Source: an uncultured Bacteroides sp.
GTDB lineage: Bacteria; Bacteroidota; Bacteroidia; Bacteroidales; Bacteroidaceae
Length of the DNA: 51,081 nt
Reading direction: 5' to 3'
Assembly: GCA_964522975.1 (NCBI GenBank)
Contig: CAZFXK010000004.1
Location: forward strand, 6,258 to 57,338
The notes beneath the pieces were generated by a model, which searched no databases, was not told where the DNA came from, and was given only the letters and a program-made list of their open reading frames with translations. A program made the position numbers and the translations under genes. Of the stretch, positions 30,027 to 40,431 are shown piece after piece; the first letter of the stretch is position 1, and every line of letters begins with the position of its first letter.

Positions 30027-32900
30027 ATGAATACGTTTTTAGAGCTTGTAGCTAAAGATATATGTAATAAAATAGGCAAAGATCTTTCAGAGGTAGCAGT
30101 CATCTTTCCCAATAAGCGGGCTAGCCTCTTTTTTAATGAATATTTAGCCAATCAAAATAGTACCCCTATCTGGGCGCCTACCTATTTAAGCATCAGTGAA
30201 TTCTTTCAACAACTTTCCCCTTTATCATTGGGAGATCCCATACGCCTTGTTTGCGAACTACATAAAGTTTTCTGTTCTGTTACAAAGAGTGAAGAGAGTC
30301 TTAGCGATTTCTACTTCTGGGGAGAACTTCTAATCAGTGATTTCGATGATGTAGATAAAAATCTGGTAGATGCCAAACAGCTATTTGCAAACCTAAAAGA
30401 TTTAAAGGCTTTAATGGACGATCTTGATTTCTTGGATGAGGAACAAGAAAAAGCCATTCAACAATTCTTCAAAACATTCTCCCCCGATAAGCAAACGGAA
30501 CTAAAAAAACGGTTTCTTTCTCTATGGGATTGCCTCAGCACGATCTATCACGATTTCAAAAAGAACATAAATGAACTTGGAATTGCCTATGAAGGAATGC
30601 TCTATAGAGCCGTTTTAGAACAAATGGAAGAAGCCAATCTTCCCTATAAAAAGTTTGTCTTTGTAGGCTTTAATGTCCTTAATGAAGTAGAGAAAAAGCT
30701 TTTTCAACATTTAAAAGACAAAGGGAGAGCTCTTTTCTATTGGGATTATGATGTTTTTTATACTGACAACCCCAATCTTAAATATGAAGCAGGAGAATTT
30801 ATTTTACGTAACTTAAAACTCTTCTCCAATGAGTTGGGAAAAGAACATTTTGACAAACTCAATAAACCAAAACACATTCACTTTATAGCAGCTTCTACAG
30901 AGAATGAACAAGCTCGTTATCTACCTCAATGGATTGAAAATCATCTAGCTGAAAACGAAAGAGAAAACGCCGTAGTACTCTGCAATGAAAGTCTACTGCT
31001 TCCGGCTCTTCATTCCATTCCCAAACAGGTTAATCATTTAAATGTAACCATGGGATTCCCATTATCACAAACCCCGATACATAGTTTTATTATGGGCATC
31101 ATAGAACTTCAAACCGAAGGTTACAACCCAAAAACCGGAAGATATCTCTTTCAAAAAGTGCTATCTATATTAAACCACCCATACACCAGAAAGAGATCCG
31201 ATTTTGCAAATCAAATCATTGAAGAACTGACTAGTAATAATCGCTTCTATCCCACCCCGGCTGAACTTCAAAAAGATGATTTCTTAAAGGCATTATTTAC
31301 TCCTACTCATACGCAAAAAGAACTCTGTAAACAATTAACTCGTCTAATTAAAGAAGTAGCCATTATTTATAATGAAAAAGAGGAGTCTTCTAATGCCTTT
31401 ACTCCTCTCTATAAAGAATCATTATTCAAAGGCTATACTTTAATCAATCGATTATATACGCTTATTGAAAGTGGCGAATTAAAAGTGAATATGGCCATCT
31501 TCATTAAATTACTGGAACGATTACTTGTCAGCACCCAAATACCTTTTCACGGAGAGCCTGCTATAGGTTTGCAAGTCATGGGGGTGTTAGAAACACGAAA
31601 TTTGGATTTCAAAAATATCATAATGTTATCAGTCAATGAGGGACAACTACCTAAAAAGGGAGGAGAGACCTCTTTCATTCCCTATAATATCAGAAAAGCT
31701 TTTGGGATGACTACTCTGGAACACAAGAATGCAGTTTATGCTTACTATTTTTATCGTTTACTACAACGTGCTGAAAACATTACATTAGTATACAATAATA
31801 CAAGAAGCGATCAAAATGAAGGAGAATGGTCTCGTTTCATGCTCCAGCTATTAATTGAATTGCCACAACCCATTAAACAATATTATTTAAATAGTCAACA
31901 AAAACCACAGATCACCAAACCTATTGTAATAGATAAAACGGATGAAACTTTAGAGAAATTGAAAGAGTTATATGACTGTTCAAATAAAACCTACTCTTTC
32001 CTCTCTCCTTCTGCATTGAATACCTATTTGGATTGCAGACTTAAATTTTATTATCGCTATATAGCAAAACTCACACCACCTGAAGAGGTCAGTCCGGAAA
32101 TCGACTCTTCTCTTTTCGGTAGTATTTTTCATAGGGCCTCGGAATTAACTTATCAGTATTTATCCGATCGATCTCCTTTAATAACTAAAGAGGAGATTAA
32201 CAAATTAATCAAAGAACCACAAAAAATCCGATTCTTCGTAGATAAAGCGTTCAGAGAGCTTCTTTTTCACTCGGATGATAAAGAGAAACCGGAGTATAAT
32301 GGAACACAACTAATAAATTCTAAAGTAATTCAATCTTATCTTACTCAATTATTAAAATACGACATCAACCATACTCCGTTTGAACTTATTGCGACAGAGA
32401 AGGCTATACAAGATAGGATTAAAGTAAAAACACCACATGGAGAAATCAAAATTAAACTTGGGGGTTATATCGATCGTGTGGATCGTAAAGACAACGTATT
32501 ACGAATCATTGATTATAAAACAGGTTCGGGAAGTAAACTATTAAAAGAATTAGACAGTTTGTTTGACAGAGAGGCAAAAAATCGCCCCAGCCACATATTT
32601 CAAACTTTTTTATATGCCTCAATTATGTGCCGTCAAAAGCAAGAAAAAATAGCTCCTGCCATTCTATATTTACGCGAAACAACCCGAGATGATTCTCCTA
32701 TCATACAAATGGGACACAACAAAAATTCAATGGTAGAGATTACTAATTTTGCTCTTTTAGCTGATCAATACAACAAAAGACTTCAAGAACTTTTAGAGGA
32801 ATTATTCGATAATCATACTGCTTTTAACCAAACTGAATTCATAAATAGATGTAGCTATTGTGATTATAAACAGCTTTGCCATAGAGAAAGCGGACAATAA
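30027..32900 (+). CDS. addB: PD-(D/E)XK nuclease subunit (AddB-like)
   Basis: 'FPNKRA', 'LQVMGVLETR', 'SPSALNTYLDC', 'GYIDRVD..IIDYKTG', Fe-S-type 'CSYCDYKQLC'; follows addA-like gene. Confidence 0.82.
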   Translation: MNTFLELVAKDICNKIGKDLSEVAVIFPNKRASLFFNEYLANQNSTPIWAPTYLSISEFFQQLSPLSLGDPIRLVCELHKVFCSVTKSEESLSDFYFWGELLISDFDDVDKNLVDAKQLFANLKDLKALMDDLDFLDEEQEKAIQQFFKTFSPDKQTELKKRFLSLWDCLSTIYHDFKKNINELGIAYEGMLYRAVLEQMEEANLPYKKFVFVGFNVLNEVEKKLFQHLKDKGRALFYWDYDVFYTDNPNLKYEAGEFILRNLKLFSNELGKEHFDKLNKPKHIHFIAASTENEQARYLPQWIENHLAENERENAVVLCNESLLLPALHSIPKQVNHLNVTMGFPLSQTPIHSFIMGIIELQTEGYNPKTGRYLFQKVLSILNHPYTRKRSDFANQIIEELTSNNRFYPTPAELQKDDFLKALFTPTHTQKELCKQLTRLIKEVAIIYNEKEESSNAFTPLYKESLFKGYTLINRLYTLIESGELKVNMAIFIKLLERLLVSTQIPFHGEPAIGLQVMGVLETRNLDFKNIIMLSVNEGQLPKKGGETSFIPYNIRKAFGMTTLEHKNAVYAYYFYRLLQRAENITLVYNNTRSDQNEGEWSRFMLQLLIELPQPIKQYYLNSQQKPQITKPIVIDKTDETLEKLKELYDCSNKTYSFLSPSALNTYLDCRLKFYYRYIAKLTPPEEVSPEIDSSLFGSIFHRASELTYQYLSDRSPLITKEEINKLIKEPQKIRFFVDKAFRELLFHSDDKEKPEYNGTQLINSKVIQSYLTQLLKYDINHTPFELIATEKAIQDRIKVKTPHGEIKIKLGGYIDRVDRKDNVLRIIDYKTGSGSKLLKELDSLFDREAKNRPSHIFQTFLYASIMCRQKQEKIAPAILYLRETTRDDSPIIQMGHNKNSMVEITNFALLADQYNKRLQELLEELFDNHTAFNQTEFINRCSYCDYKQLCHRESGQ

Positions 32901-32933
32901 GTCCGAATTACTCCCCCTTTTACCTCAATACAA

Positions 32934-32982
32934 GACAAGGTGTCATCTAGTTGTATAAAAACCATTTGGCACATACTTTGCA
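32934..32982 (+). promoter_or_regulatory. Sigma54-type -24/-12 promoter plus upstream GACA-N3-TGTC palindrome before hsp20
   Basis: TGGCAC-ATACT-TTGCA (32967-32982; GG-N10-GC); GACAaggTGTC (32934-32944). Confidence 0.6.
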
Positions 32983-33069
32983 TTTATATAAGTGAGCAGA
33001 GGTCATAAAAAAAAAGACTAAAGCTCAGTGGTGAAGATTGTTTAACTTAAATATAGAGGAGATAAAATT

Positions 33070-33495
33070 ATGATGCCAATTAGAAGATCACAAAGATGGT
33101 TACCCGGTATTTTCAATGATTTCTTTGATACTAACTGGATGGAAAGAGCAAATGCAACTGCACCTGCTATCAACGTATTCGAAAGTGAAAACGACTATAA
33201 GGTAGAAGTAGCTGCTCCTGGATTAACCAAAGAAGATTTTAATGTTAGAGTAGATGATAACAAAAACTTAGTTATCTCTATGGAAAAGAGTAAAGAAGAT
33301 AAAGAAGAGAAGGATGGTTGCTATTTACGTAGAGAATTCTCTTACTCAAAATTTGAACAAAGAATCATTTTACCTGATAACATTAATTTTGACGGTATTA
33401 ATGCACAAGTTGAGAATGGAGTATTGTTAATTGAAATACCTAAAACAACAAAAGAAGAAGCTCAAAAGAATGAAAAGTTTATTGAAATAAAGTAA
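33070..33495 (+). CDS. Hsp20/alpha-crystallin small heat shock protein
   Basis: 'PAINVFE', 'AAPGL.KEDF', 'RREFSYSKF', 'A.VENGVL.I.IPK'. Confidence 0.95.
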   Translation: MMPIRRSQRWLPGIFNDFFDTNWMERANATAPAINVFESENDYKVEVAAPGLTKEDFNVRVDDNKNLVISMEKSKEDKEEKDGCYLRREFSYSKFEQRIILPDNINFDGINAQVENGVLLIEIPKTTKEEAQKNEKFIEIK

Positions 33496-33505
33496 TTTCA
33501 TACAG

Positions 33506-33558
33506 TTATAAAGATAAGGCGTCATTCATTTGTTATGAATGACGCCTTATCTTTATAA
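33506..33558 (+). terminator. Long perfect hairpin after hsp20
   Basis: 24-bp perfect inverted repeat TTATAAAGATAAGGCGTCATTCAT with 5-nt loop. Confidence 0.8.
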
Positions 33559-33707
33559 TGACTCTAATAAACTACATAGAATCACAAAAAACTTTGCTAT
33601 ATAAGTAATAATAGTATATTTGAAGTAAAATTTTCCATACAAAATAAAAAAACAAATAAATTCCATTAAATGGAATACTTTTAGTCAACACTAAATAAAT
33701 AAAAATC

Positions 33708-34427
33708 ATGAAATCAATTTTTTATAAAGCAGACACAAGAGGTTATGCAAACCACGGATGGTTAATCACTAAACACACTTTTAGTTTTGCCAATTACTTT
33801 AATAGAAATAGAATGAACTTTGGCTTACTTAGAGTTGTCAATGATGACAAAGTAGAGGCTGGTATGGGATTTGGCACTCATCCTCACGATAATATGGAAA
33901 TTGTTTCCATACCTCTTAAAGGTGATTTAGAGCATATGGACAGTATGGGAAATAAGCACGTTATTCGTTCAGGGGAAATCCAAGTAATGAGTGCAGGCAC
34001 AGGAGTTACCCATAGCGAATATAATGCTAATGATGATGTACCGGTTGAGTTTTTTCAAATCTGGGTATACCCAAGAGAAGAGGGATTAAAACCAAGATAT
34101 GGACAGAAAAAATTTGATTTTGAAAAGAACAAAAATGAATTCACACTAATTGTTTCTCCCGATGCTGCCGACGAAAGTCTTTGGTTATATCAAGATGTAT
34201 GGTTCAACATAGGTTTATTTGATAAGGATATCGAAACAAAATACAACCTAAAGAAAAAAGAGAATGGAGTTTTCATTATGTCCGTTGAGGGAGAATTTGA
34301 AGTCAACGGAACTAAATTGGAAAGAAGAGATGCCATAGGTCTTTGGGAAACAGACTCAGTTGACATTAAATCGCTCACAGATAATGCCAAATTACTTGTT
34401 ATAGATGTCCCTATGGATTTTGAATAA
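33708..34427 (+). CDS. Pirin family protein (YhhW-like)
   Basis: 'RG..NHGWL...HTFSFA', 'GFGTHPHDNMEI', 'MSAGTGVTHSE', 'FQIW'. Confidence 0.93.
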   Translation: MKSIFYKADTRGYANHGWLITKHTFSFANYFNRNRMNFGLLRVVNDDKVEAGMGFGTHPHDNMEIVSIPLKGDLEHMDSMGNKHVIRSGEIQVMSAGTGVTHSEYNANDDVPVEFFQIWVYPREEGLKPRYGQKKFDFEKNKNEFTLIVSPDAADESLWLYQDVWFNIGLFDKDIETKYNLKKKENGVFIMSVEGEFEVNGTKLERRDAIGLWETDSVDIKSLTDNAKLLVIDVPMDFE

Positions 34428-34453
34428 AGATTAAGGGATTAAAATTATATCTT

Positions 34454-34497
34454 AAAGAGGTTGAATTCCTATGTGTAGATTCAACCTCTTTTTTTTT
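34454..34497 (+). terminator. Terminator after pirin
   Basis: AAAGAGGTTGAAT / ATTCAACCTCTTT plus T9. Confidence 0.85.
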
Positions 34498-34560
34498 ACA
34501 AAAAAACTAAAAATGCGATTGTCTTATACTTCTCTCAGTCCGCCTTATAAACTCAATAAA

Positions 34561-34589
34561 AAAAGAGAAAGTTATTTACTTTCTCTTTT
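34561..34589 (-). terminator. Terminator after trxB
   Basis: AAAAGAGAAAGT / ACTTTCTCTTTT hairpin preceded by an A-run on the plus strand. Confidence 0.6.
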
Positions 34590-34612
34590 CCCATTATTGT
34601 TATATTATCTTT

Positions 34613-35560
34613 CTATAATCCTCTTGCAGATAAATAATGCTCAGCCTCAATAGCAGCTTTACAACCACTTCCTGCAGCAGTCACTGCTTGTTTATAGATT
34701 GGATCGGCCACATCGCCAGCAGCAAAAACACCGGGAATGTTCGTTATCGGCGTTCCCGGTTCGGTTACGATATACCCCAATTCATCAGTCTTAACATAAG
34801 GCTGAAAAACAGAAGAGTTAGGTGTATGCCCAATGGCTAAAAAGAAACCGGCAATAGGCAAATCATAAATCTCTTCATCTGCTTCACCTTTTCTTTTGAC
34901 TAATTGAACCCCCTCAACTCCATCGCTCCCATAAAGTCCAATGGCATTATGCTCAAACAAAATCTCTATTTTATTATTCTTAGCTACCCGATCTTGAATA
35001 ATCTGTGAGGCTCTTAAATAATTTTTACGAACAATCATATATACCTTAGAAGCCAAACCGGAAAGGAATAAAGCCTCCTCACAAGCCGTATCACCGCCAC
35101 CAACTACAGCAACCACTTTGTTACGATAAAAGAAACCATCACAAGTAGCACATGCACTCACACCCATCCCGGCATACTTTGTTTCATCTTCTATACCCAG
35201 ATATTTTGCAGCAGCACCTGTTGCAATAATTAACGTCTCTGCCTCTATTACTTTTTCACCATCAATGGTTACCTTATATGGAGCTTTTGATAAATCAGAA
35301 GCCGTAGCCATACCCAAGCGGATATCGGCACCAAAACGTTTCGCTTGTTGTTTTAAATCTCCCATTAACTCAGCACCACTAATAGATTGCGGATAACCGG
35401 GGAAGTTTTCCACATCTGTAGTCGTTGTTAATTGACCTCCTGGTTGTAAACCCTCATATAGCACAGGAGCTAAATTTGCACGTCCCGCATAAATTGCGGC
35501 TGTATAACCTGCAGGTCCTGAACCTATAATTAAGCATCTTACTTTTTCTATATTACTCAT
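34613..35560 (-). CDS. trxB: Thioredoxin-disulfide reductase
   Basis: 'IIGSGPAG', 'GGQL', 'CATCDG', 'GGGDTA.EEA', 'VFAAGDV'. Confidence 0.97.
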   Translation of the reverse strand: MSNIEKVRCLIIGSGPAGYTAAIYAGRANLAPVLYEGLQPGGQLTTTTDVENFPGYPQSISGAELMGDLKQQAKRFGADIRLGMATASDLSKAPYKVTIDGEKVIEAETLIIATGAAAKYLGIEDETKYAGMGVSACATCDGFFYRNKVVAVVGGGDTACEEALFLSGLASKVYMIVRKNYLRASQIIQDRVAKNNKIEILFEHNAIGLYGSDGVEGVQLVKRKGEADEEIYDLPIAGFFLAIGHTPNSSVFQPYVKTDELGYIVTEPGTPITNIPGVFAAGDVADPIYKQAVTAAGSGCKAAIEAEHYLSARGL

Positions 35561-35581
35561 TTTTTAATTATTTAAACGTTT

Positions 35582-36226
35582 TTATCTCAAATCTATAACA
35601 TCTACCGAAGGATATTCCGACTCATCAAATTGGAAAAAAATAGGTGAATAGGATTGATACATTATGTATTCCTTTACCATAATTTCACTTTCTGTTCTAT
35701 CTCTGAGTCTAACCTTCAAATATAAAGGCAAGTTACTTATCTTGTCAACATACAGAACAACCAGCTCTATCTCTTTATCTTTCTTTTTGTTTTTCAAGAT
35801 GACTTCCACCACAGGTTTATTTTTATAAAGAGTTACATTCCCTATGGCAACATCCGGAAACCCTTTTTGATAACTCAACAATAACCGATACGGATTGATT
35901 GATTCCAGCTCTTCTTCTGTTGGATTTATGATATTAACTTCCTCATTAACTAATAAATAACTCCATTGTGTTTTTCCATCAAACCAGTTCTTAAAGTCTG
36001 AAGTTTCTAACTTGAAACATTCTCCTTGCAGGTGCAATATCCCTTCGGATTTATCCACTAATCGTTGATCTTTAGTTGTAATCATAGTAAAATCAATCCG
36101 CATACCACCGGCAGATTTTAAAACCTCAACTGTTTGATCAAGCACTCTACGAGCTTGTTTGGCTTGTTGTCCCCAAAGTGTTGCCACCGAAAGAACAAGA
36201 AAAACAGTACATATTATTCGTTTCAT
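35582..36226 (-). CDS. lolA: LolA-like outer membrane lipoprotein carrier
   Basis: Signal peptide from ATG 36226 (MKRIICTVFLVLSVATLWG); 'WFDGKTQWSY...EVNI', 'INPY', C-terminal 'VIDLR'; ftsK-lolA synteny. Confidence 0.75.
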   Translation of the reverse strand: MKRIICTVFLVLSVATLWGQQAKQARRVLDQTVEVLKSAGGMRIDFTMITTKDQRLVDKSEGILHLQGECFKLETSDFKNWFDGKTQWSYLLVNEEVNIINPTEEELESINPYRLLLSYQKGFPDVAIGNVTLYKNKPVVEVILKNKKKDKEIELVVLYVDKISNLPLYLKVRLRDRTESEIMVKEYIMYQSYSPIFFQFDESEYPSVDVIDLR

Positions 36227-36248
36227 CGTACGTAATAACATCAAACTA

Positions 36249-38627
36249 TCATAAATTGTTCAACTTCATTGATAGGTCTGCTTCATCAGAACACAACACC
36301 TCACGAGGCTTACTTCCTTCGCTAGGGCCAACTACCCCGGCAGCCTCCAGCTGATCCATGATCCGACCGGCCCGATTGTAACCAATTGAGAATTTACGCT
36401 GCAACATGGAAGTAGAACCTTGTTGCTGTATGACCACCATCATTGCTGCATCATCAAATAAAGGATCTAAATTATTCATATCGATTTCTCCCGGAGCCGG
36501 CTCAGATTCCTCGTGATATTCAGGTAATTGAAAAGCACTGGTATACCCCTGTTGTTCGGCAATATATTTAACGATACTATCAACCTCGGGAGTATCAATG
36601 AAAGCACATTGCACACGAATGGGATCAGCTCCTTGCAAGAAGAGCATATCCCCCCGCCCAATAAGTTGATTAGCACCCGGGCGATCCAAGATGGTACGTG
36701 AGTCCATCATTGAAGATACACGGAAAGCTACTCGAGCAGGGAAGTTGGCCTTTATCGTTCCGGTTATGATATTTGTAGTTGGCCTTTGTGTGGCAATCAC
36801 CATATGAATCCCCACTGCACGCGCTAATTGCGCAATACGTGCTATAGGCAATTCAATGTCTTTACCGGCAGTCATAATCAAATCACCAAACTCATCAATA
36901 ACCACCACTATATAGGGCATATATTTATGTCCTTTATTTGGGTTAAGTTGTCGGTTTATAAACTTTTTATTGTATTCTTTTATATTTCTTACGTGGGCCG
37001 CTTTTAGTAAGTCATACCGACTATCCATTTCCACACAAACTGAATTCAAGGTTTGAACCACTTTATTTACATCGGTTATGATCGCCTCTTCTTCATCGGG
37101 TAACTTCGCCAGAAAATGCCTCTCTATGGCAGAATAGATGCTAAACTCTACTTTTTTAGGATCAATCAACACGAATTTCAGTTCTGCAGGATGTTTTTTG
37201 TATAATAAAGAAGCAATCAACGTATTAAGTCCAACTGACTTACCTTGTCCTGTTGCCCCAGCCACCAATATATGCGGCATTTTACTCAAATCCACCATAA
37301 ACACCTCGTTCGTTATGGTTTTGCCAAAAGCCACAGGCAATTCATAATTACAATCCCTGAAAATCTTTGTTCCTAAAATTGATCTTCCCGAAACAATTTT
37401 AGGATTGGAATTAGGAACTTCAATACCAATGGTTCCTTTTCCGGGTATGGGAGCGATGATACGTATTCCTAAAGCAGAAAGACTAAGAGCTATATCATCT
37501 TCCAAACCTCTAATCTTAGATATACGCACTCCTCTCTCGGGCGTTATTTCATAAAGTGTAACCGTAGGGCCAACCGTTGCCTTTATCGTATTTATTTCAA
37601 TGCCAAAACTTTTTAACGTACTGATGATTTTATTCTTATTCTTGTTTTGCTCTTCCATATTAATGGTAGGATCACTATCTACATAATCTTTCAGCAAGCC
37701 AAGCGTAGGCAATCGGTAGTGTTCTAAATCCAGTTTTGGATTGTAGGGTCGAAGGTTTCGTTCTTTATACTCTTCATTCTCTTTAACGACTTCAATCTCA
37801 AAGTTGGGTTCATTATCTTCTGAGGTTTTCTTTCCTTCTGCTCTTCCGTTATTATTCACTTTAACAGGAGATTCAACGGGAACCTCAATTTCCAACTCTA
37901 TACTATGAGATTCCTCCTTATCATCAGCATTTTCAGAGAAATCATCTTCAAATTCTTCTTTTTCATCACTCTCTTTATGCAAGGGTTCTTCTTCTTCCGC
38001 TTCCCTCTTTTTCTTTTTCAAAAAGGAGAAAGTAAAACAATAACGAATCCAACCCATCGCCTTCTTATTCATTAAGACTAAAATGGCTAATCCGGTACCC
38101 AATAAAAATAAGATAACCCCGGGAATACCTATTTGTGAAATCAACCATAAACTAACGTTATAACCATGAAGTCCTCCTAAATAGATAAAAGAATCTTCGT
38201 AAGTGGGCATCAGGGTAAAACCCAAAAACAAGGAAAACCATATAAGCAGGGAAAAACAAGACAAAAACCACTTCCACAGCTTAACCCGTTTCACCTTCAT
38301 GAAATGTAACCCACCAATGGCCAAAAAGACAAAGATGAAGATGGAAGAAAGTCCAAAACAATCATTCATAAGGAAATTAGAGAGCCTGGCACCCCACGAA
38401 CCGGCATAATTTTGTATTCCATTATCCGTAGTTGAAAGGTCAACTGCATTCCCTCCTTCCACCAAACTTTGATCTGCAGCCCCTGTAAAAAAGAAAGATA
38501 TATAAGAAATAAGGAAAAAACCGGCCAGTATAACCATTCCTAATCCAATAAGGAAATGTAACGTTTCGTGTTTAAAAAAAGAAGCCAGTCTTTGATACCA
38601 TTTTGCTCCTAAATTCTCAGTACTCAT
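36249..38627 (-). CDS. ftsK: DNA translocase FtsK
   Basis: N-terminal 4TM domain, acidic linker, 'AGATGQGKS', 'IDEFGD', 'ATQRP', gamma domain 'SMLQRKFSIGYNRAGR'. Confidence 0.96.
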   Translation of the reverse strand: MSTENLGAKWYQRLASFFKHETLHFLIGLGMVILAGFFLISYISFFFTGAADQSLVEGGNAVDLSTTDNGIQNYAGSWGARLSNFLMNDCFGLSSIFIFVFLAIGGLHFMKVKRVKLWKWFLSCFSLLIWFSLFLGFTLMPTYEDSFIYLGGLHGYNVSLWLISQIGIPGVILFLLGTGLAILVLMNKKAMGWIRYCFTFSFLKKKKREAEEEEPLHKESDEKEEFEDDFSENADDKEESHSIELEIEVPVESPVKVNNNGRAEGKKTSEDNEPNFEIEVVKENEEYKERNLRPYNPKLDLEHYRLPTLGLLKDYVDSDPTINMEEQNKNKNKIISTLKSFGIEINTIKATVGPTVTLYEITPERGVRISKIRGLEDDIALSLSALGIRIIAPIPGKGTIGIEVPNSNPKIVSGRSILGTKIFRDCNYELPVAFGKTITNEVFMVDLSKMPHILVAGATGQGKSVGLNTLIASLLYKKHPAELKFVLIDPKKVEFSIYSAIERHFLAKLPDEEEAIITDVNKVVQTLNSVCVEMDSRYDLLKAAHVRNIKEYNKKFINRQLNPNKGHKYMPYIVVVIDEFGDLIMTAGKDIELPIARIAQLARAVGIHMVIATQRPTTNIITGTIKANFPARVAFRVSSMMDSRTILDRPGANQLIGRGDMLFLQGADPIRVQCAFIDTPEVDSIVKYIAEQQGYTSAFQLPEYHEESEPAPGEIDMNNLDPLFDDAAMMVVIQQQGSTSMLQRKFSIGYNRAGRIMDQLEAAGVVGPSEGSKPREVLCSDEADLSMKLNNL

Positions 38628-38872
38628 ATTTATCTATAATATTTTATCCTAAATTCTATTTTAGGCAAAAATAGTAAAAATAAAAAAGACTTTCACTCAA
38701 AACACCTACCATTGCAATAATAAGTTTACCCATTATGTGTTAAGCAAACAATACATAATTTTAAGTCGTTACTATTCCGGTTATTCTTTTTGTTAATGAA
38801 TTGCATCATTATTAAAACTCAAATTTTTAGATAATATCCTATTCTTGAATCCATCAAAGGTTTTAACATAAT

Positions 38873-39199
38873 GAGGCCTTTGCACGGTAAACAAATCTTT
38901 TTTGCGTGCTTTTTCGATTACATCTATTTGATTACAAAGAGAATAAGGTAGATAAAAAGGAGATAGCCGGGCAAAAGAACTCATACACTGCATACAAACC
39001 ATTGCCTGCATTAAAGCAAGCTGGGGATAAATTGTGCCCAATGTGCTCAGATAGAGAGGCTAAAGGGTCAAAAAGACCCTCACAAGGGTTCTTTTGGGAA
39101 GTTTTTTTGTCCTCTTTTTATGAAAAAAGAGAGAATTTACAGCCAAAAAGTACACAAAATATTAGAAAAAGAAAAGATCAACACTTTTGCAAAGCTCTC
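38873..39199 (+). mobile_element. Internally deleted IS5-family element (MITE-like, IS1106/ISPg1-type ends)
   Basis: Left end GAGGCCTTTGCA (38873), right end TGCAAAGCTCTC (to 39199), 10/12 inverted match; internal decayed segment 'KRTHTLH...IAC..SWG*IV' recalls an IS5 transposase C-terminus. Confidence 0.65.
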
Positions 39200-39396
39200 A
39201 GTAATATAAATTTCATCAGAATCAACACAAACAGGTTGATTTGCATTGTAATGGAAAGGCAAGTAATAATTTGAAGAATGACTTATAGACCAACACACAT
39301 TAGTTAATTTTAGTATTATCTTTCAGCGCAATTTTCATTAAACGATGTTCATTAGTTAAACCTATGGCTTTTTACTAGACTTATGAATATCACGGG

Positions 39397-40431
39397 TTAG
39401 TCATTCGTTTGTTGGTTTTTATTTATCCAATTCATGAAATTGCTGAACTTTTCATTATTTATTTTTAACCATTCTTTTGCACTTGCATTTGAAGATGTAC
39501 TGATATAATAACAGAATACATCCATATATTCAGATTTTGCTAAACTATAGAAAAAGGGAACATAAAAATTCCACCATAAATTATTTGTTGTTTGTTTTTC
39601 TACACTAAGTTCTCCTAATACTGTAAAAAATGATTTTGTATTATCTATAAACAATTCGTTTGCTGTTTTATCTTCATTTTCCTCCAATGAATTTGAGGCC
39701 ATAATCATTGAAAGAGCTAATTCGCTTGCTGAAAATTCTGATTCCATCCTATTGGGATCTAAAAGTATCTCGATATCCATTGAATTGTCTAAATCTCTTT
39801 TAATATTTTCCCCCAATTGATTCTTCAATAATTGGTAGGCTGTTTCGGCTCTTTTAGAAGATGGCTCTAATAATAGAAAGTAATATAAACTAAGTAAACT
39901 TTGCACTCGTTGGTTAAGCTGTTTTTCTATAATTGCCAATCCGTAATGACTGCTTGCGTGGTTGGGTTTATTTTTAATGGCATTAATTAAAGCCAATTCA
40001 GCGTTTTTATGGTCTTGAATCTTAGAATAAGTAATTCCCAGATTAAAATATAAAAGATAATTGTTTCCAAATTTTTTAATCCCTTCCTGAAAGAGCTTAA
40101 TGGCCTGTTCTATTTTTCCTAAATTACTTAATGATGACCCTTTAGTAACATAAGCAGGCAAGAGGAGGTCTTTATTCTGTTTAATAACAACATCACTATG
40201 TTTAATCGCATTATTATAATCGCCCGAATACATATAGGTCATAGCCAACTCATAGTTAATCACTGTAGATTTTGGATCAATTTTTAATGCTTCGTTGTAT
40301 GCTTCTATTGCTTTTTCATATTCCCCTTTGTCGTGATAATGAATCCCGACTTGCATTAAAGTGTCAATTTTACTTTGTCCAAAACACGATAGAGTTATTA
40401 AAAGACCTGAAATCAATAAAAACTTTTTCAT
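39397..40431 (-). CDS. Secreted tetratricopeptide-repeat protein
   Basis: Signal peptide; TPR patterns 'G.YEKAIEAYNEALKIDP', 'YELA..Y...GDY..A', 'YFNLG', 'ASSHYGLA'. Confidence 0.88.
   Translation of the reverse strand: MKKFLLISGLLITLSCFGQSKIDTLMQVGIHYHDKGEYEKAIEAYNEALKIDPKSTVINYELAMTYMYSGDYNNAIKHSDVVIKQNKDLLLPAYVTKGSSLSNLGKIEQAIKLFQEGIKKFGNNYLLYFNLGITYSKIQDHKNAELALINAIKNKPNHASSHYGLAIIEKQLNQRVQSLLSLYYFLLLEPSSKRAETAYQLLKNQLGENIKRDLDNSMDIEILLDPNRMESEFSASELALSMIMASNSLEENEDKTANELFIDNTKSFFTVLGELSVEKQTTNNLWWNFYVPFFYSLAKSEYMDVFCYYISTSSNASAKEWLKINNEKFSNFMNWINKNQQTND

Noticed and set aside
26813-32900. Helicase plus nuclease pair as an anti-phage defence system
   Set aside because: Architecture fits the housekeeping AddAB repair complex in a core-gene context
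33506-33558. 24-bp perfect inverted repeat as a mobile element
   Set aside because: Single copy placed 10 nt after the hsp20 stop; adequately explained as a terminator
38906-39274. 122-aa ORF (and 38793-39041 on the opposite strand)
   Set aside because: Runs across the decayed IS-derived element; non-ATG start and no coherent domain
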